Source: an archaeon
Lineage (GTDB): Archaea; Asgardarchaeota; Thorarchaeia; Thorarchaeales; Thorarchaeaceae
DNA length: 5,937 nt
Assembly: GCA_024275415.1 (NCBI GenBank)
Contig: JAJRZD010000079.1
Span: 1 to 5,937 of the forward strand
Direction of reading: 5' to 3'
The position numbers and the translations under genes are program-made. Within the stretch, counting starts at the first letter, position 1. Each line of letters begins with the position of its first letter. The notes beneath the pieces are model-generated. The model was not told the origin of the DNA, made no database searches, and saw only the letters and a list, made by a program, of their open reading frames with translations. Below, one piece after another: positions 5,760 through 5,937 of this stretch.

Positions 5760-5776
5760 TTGGGAAAAGATCCCAA
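5760..5776. terminator. Small hairpin between convergent genes, possible bidirectional terminator or 3' end stabiliser
   Basis: TTGGGA-AAAGA-TCCCAA, a perfect 6-bp stem in the 62-nt gap between stops at 5736 (+) and 5799 (-). Confidence 0.35.
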
Positions 5777-5798
5777 ATTGTAAATTCGACTAATGATT

Positions 5799-5937
5799 TC
5801 ATTTACTCAGGAGCTTGCCAATCTCCATGGCGTATTTTCTCATCTGGGTGACGGCAAGTCCCATAGAGGTGAGGTCTCTTGCTGAACCCATGATCAGAAA
5901 GTCGCCTGCATGGGAAAGTACGACGAATCCTTCTTTG
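5799..5937 (-). CDS. Roadblock/LC7 (MglB / LAMTOR2-like) domain protein, C-terminal part; runs off the window end
   Basis: Manual minus-strand translation from 5936: KEGFVVLSHAGDFLIMGSARDLTSMGLAVTQMRKYAMEIGKLLSK-stop. Two beta strands followed by the typical 'x-G-L-x-x-x-x-M-R/K-x-x-A-x-x-I-x-x-L-L' terminal helix. Only 45 residues are visible. Confidence 0.72.
   Translation of the reverse strand, partial: KEGFVVLSHAGDFLIMGSARDLTSMGLAVTQMRKYAMEIGKLLSK

Noticed and set aside
3289-5851. Other overlapping short ORFs within and after the operon (e.g. 3740-4063, 5277-5708, 5609-5851)
   Set aside because: Shadow frames of well-supported genes; 5609-5851 also overlaps the Roadblock gene antisense.
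1-5937. CRISPR array, IS element, integrase, rRNA or tRNA
   Set aside because: No regularly spaced repeats, terminal inverted repeats, transposase or recombinase motifs, or stable RNA signatures were seen.

Overview
Gene-dense prokaryotic window, probably archaeal and possibly Asgard. That is an inference from AGGTGA/GGAGGT-type Shine-Dalgarno (SD) sites, TTG starts and a Roadblock/LC7 gene. Left to right: (1) a three-domain thioredoxin-family protein (unknown N-terminal domain, WCQPC Trx domain, degenerate DHEC Trx domain); (2) a collapsed ABC-2 exporter locus, in which the first 38 codons of an ABC ATPase are joined out of frame, inside the Walker A motif, to the last 173 codons of a permease; (3) a hairpin-rich intergenic stretch; (4) a small stand-alone EF-Tu domain II / U32 peptidase C-terminal-like beta-barrel protein; (5) an AT-rich regulatory region with an inverted repeat and an amber-terminated upstream ORF; (6) a translationally coupled two-gene operon encoding an opine (octopine/nopaline-family) dehydrogenase and a single-chain cobalamin enzyme (B12-binding domain plus glutamate-mutase-E-like barrel that appears to lack the glutamate-binding arginines); (7) the 3' end of a convergent Roadblock/LC7 gene absent from the ORF track. 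The best candidate for an undescribed system is the opine dehydrogenase + B12 radical enzyme pair. All family assignments come from reading motifs by eye; no searches or folding programs were run.
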